This document shows, piece by piece, positions 6,314 to 6,666 of a DNA stretch of 6,666 bases. Position numbers and translations under genes: made by a program. Source of the DNA: Rotaria sordida (lineage: Eukaryota); NCBI GenBank assembly GCA_905250005.1, contig CAJNOH010000254.1:110345-117010 (forward strand). The letters are read 5' to 3'. Each line of letters starts with the position of its first letter. Within the stretch, counting starts at the first letter, position 1. The notes beneath the pieces are model-generated. The model did no database searches. It was given only the letters and a program-made list of their open reading frames with translations, and was not told where the DNA came from.

Positions 6314-6420
6314 GATGCGAACTATCGTTCTTATCACAGTTAGAAGGGTGAGTAACTAAAACAAAAACAGGACCATGTATACTTCTGGAGGTGGATAAGA
6401 TGCGAACTATTGTTCTTATC
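6314..6420 (-). promoter_or_regulatory. Upstream region of the gene containing a 22-bp direct repeat (6314-6335 and 6399-6420, 21/22 identical) with GATA-type motifs.
   Basis: The two copies, gatgcgaactatCgttcttatc and gatgcgaactatTgttcttatc, lie 85 bp apart. Read on the gene strand, each ends in a WGATAAG motif: TGATAAG at 6336-6330 and AGATAAG at 6421-6415. A third GATAAG lies on the plus strand at 6394-6399, forming an inverted pair with the 6415-6420 site. A CACGTG box lies at 6461-6466. Any regulatory function is inference only. Confidence 0.4.
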
Positions 6421-6666
6421 TTTCTGAGTGAAGTATCGTGCCCTGTGGATTCACTCTCACCACGTGATCATGTTTATTGCTACTATTACAAAGGCTGAAA
6501 GTTCTCTAGGGTATCGCCAACATTTTATCAACAAAACATGCAGTACTAAGTTGCTGTTATTGTTATTCTACTAACTAATAAAAGTAGTAAAAACGAGTAC
6601 ATTTCTTTTCAAATCTGAAAATTATTATCAGAAATGAAAAATAATTCTATTTCAGGAGACCCATTC

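Noticed and set aside
6278-6337. 20-aa N-terminal extension (MIRTIVRIAFIFSRYTTTFQ) of the main ORF, as drawn in the track.
   Set aside because: The initiator at 6337-6335 is GTG, not ATG, which is implausible in a eukaryote. The next in-frame ATG, at 6277, is immediately followed by a textbook signal peptide and is preceded by a TTTCAG acceptor-like site.
6119-6343. Track ORF of 74 aa on the plus strand.
   Set aside because: It is antisense to exon 1 of the enzyme gene. This is a typical shadow ORF with no independent support.
1-6666. Prokaryotic-style features: operons, RBS-led genes, CRISPR arrays, defence or mobile-element cassettes.
   Set aside because: I found no array of direct repeats with spacers and no densely packed ORFs. 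The one real gene is split by GT-AG introns and carries a eukaryotic signal peptide and a candidate poly(A) signal. The window is eukaryotic, so these categories do not apply.

Overview
This window is AT-rich eukaryotic DNA, not a prokaryotic locus. It has no operon-like ORF packing, and its only convincing gene is interrupted by GT-AG introns. I can support one protein-coding gene, on the minus strand at 4763-6277. It has four exons, two introns of exactly 52 nt and one of 250 nt, and a 386-aa conceptual product. The product has an N-terminal signal peptide, six N-X-S/T sequons, and motif blocks (WDAW, GWDARPR, AWNExxExG) that I recall from bacterial-type TIM-barrel WbsX-like/GH99-like carbohydrate enzymes. 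That makes it a candidate horizontally acquired, intron-bearing secreted glycosidase-like gene. Its upstream region carries a 22-bp direct repeat with GATA motifs, and a TTTCAG acceptor-like site abuts the ATG. The remaining ~4.7 kb (1-4760) has no confidently callable gene. It does contain a 99-bp-arm near-perfect foldback hairpin (50-296), three copies of a CCGCGG-core palindromic motif (330-347, 779-796, 810-822), and a short TGTGGG-TGTGGG-TGAGGA tract (3201-3218). From memory that hexamer matches the bdelloid-rotifer telomeric repeat, and degenerate relatives are scattered nearby. There is also a homopurine/G-run tract (4206-4229). No rRNA, tRNA, CRISPR or intact transposase/RT ORF is visible. 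All family and taxon assignments come from memory and pattern recognition; I ran no database search.
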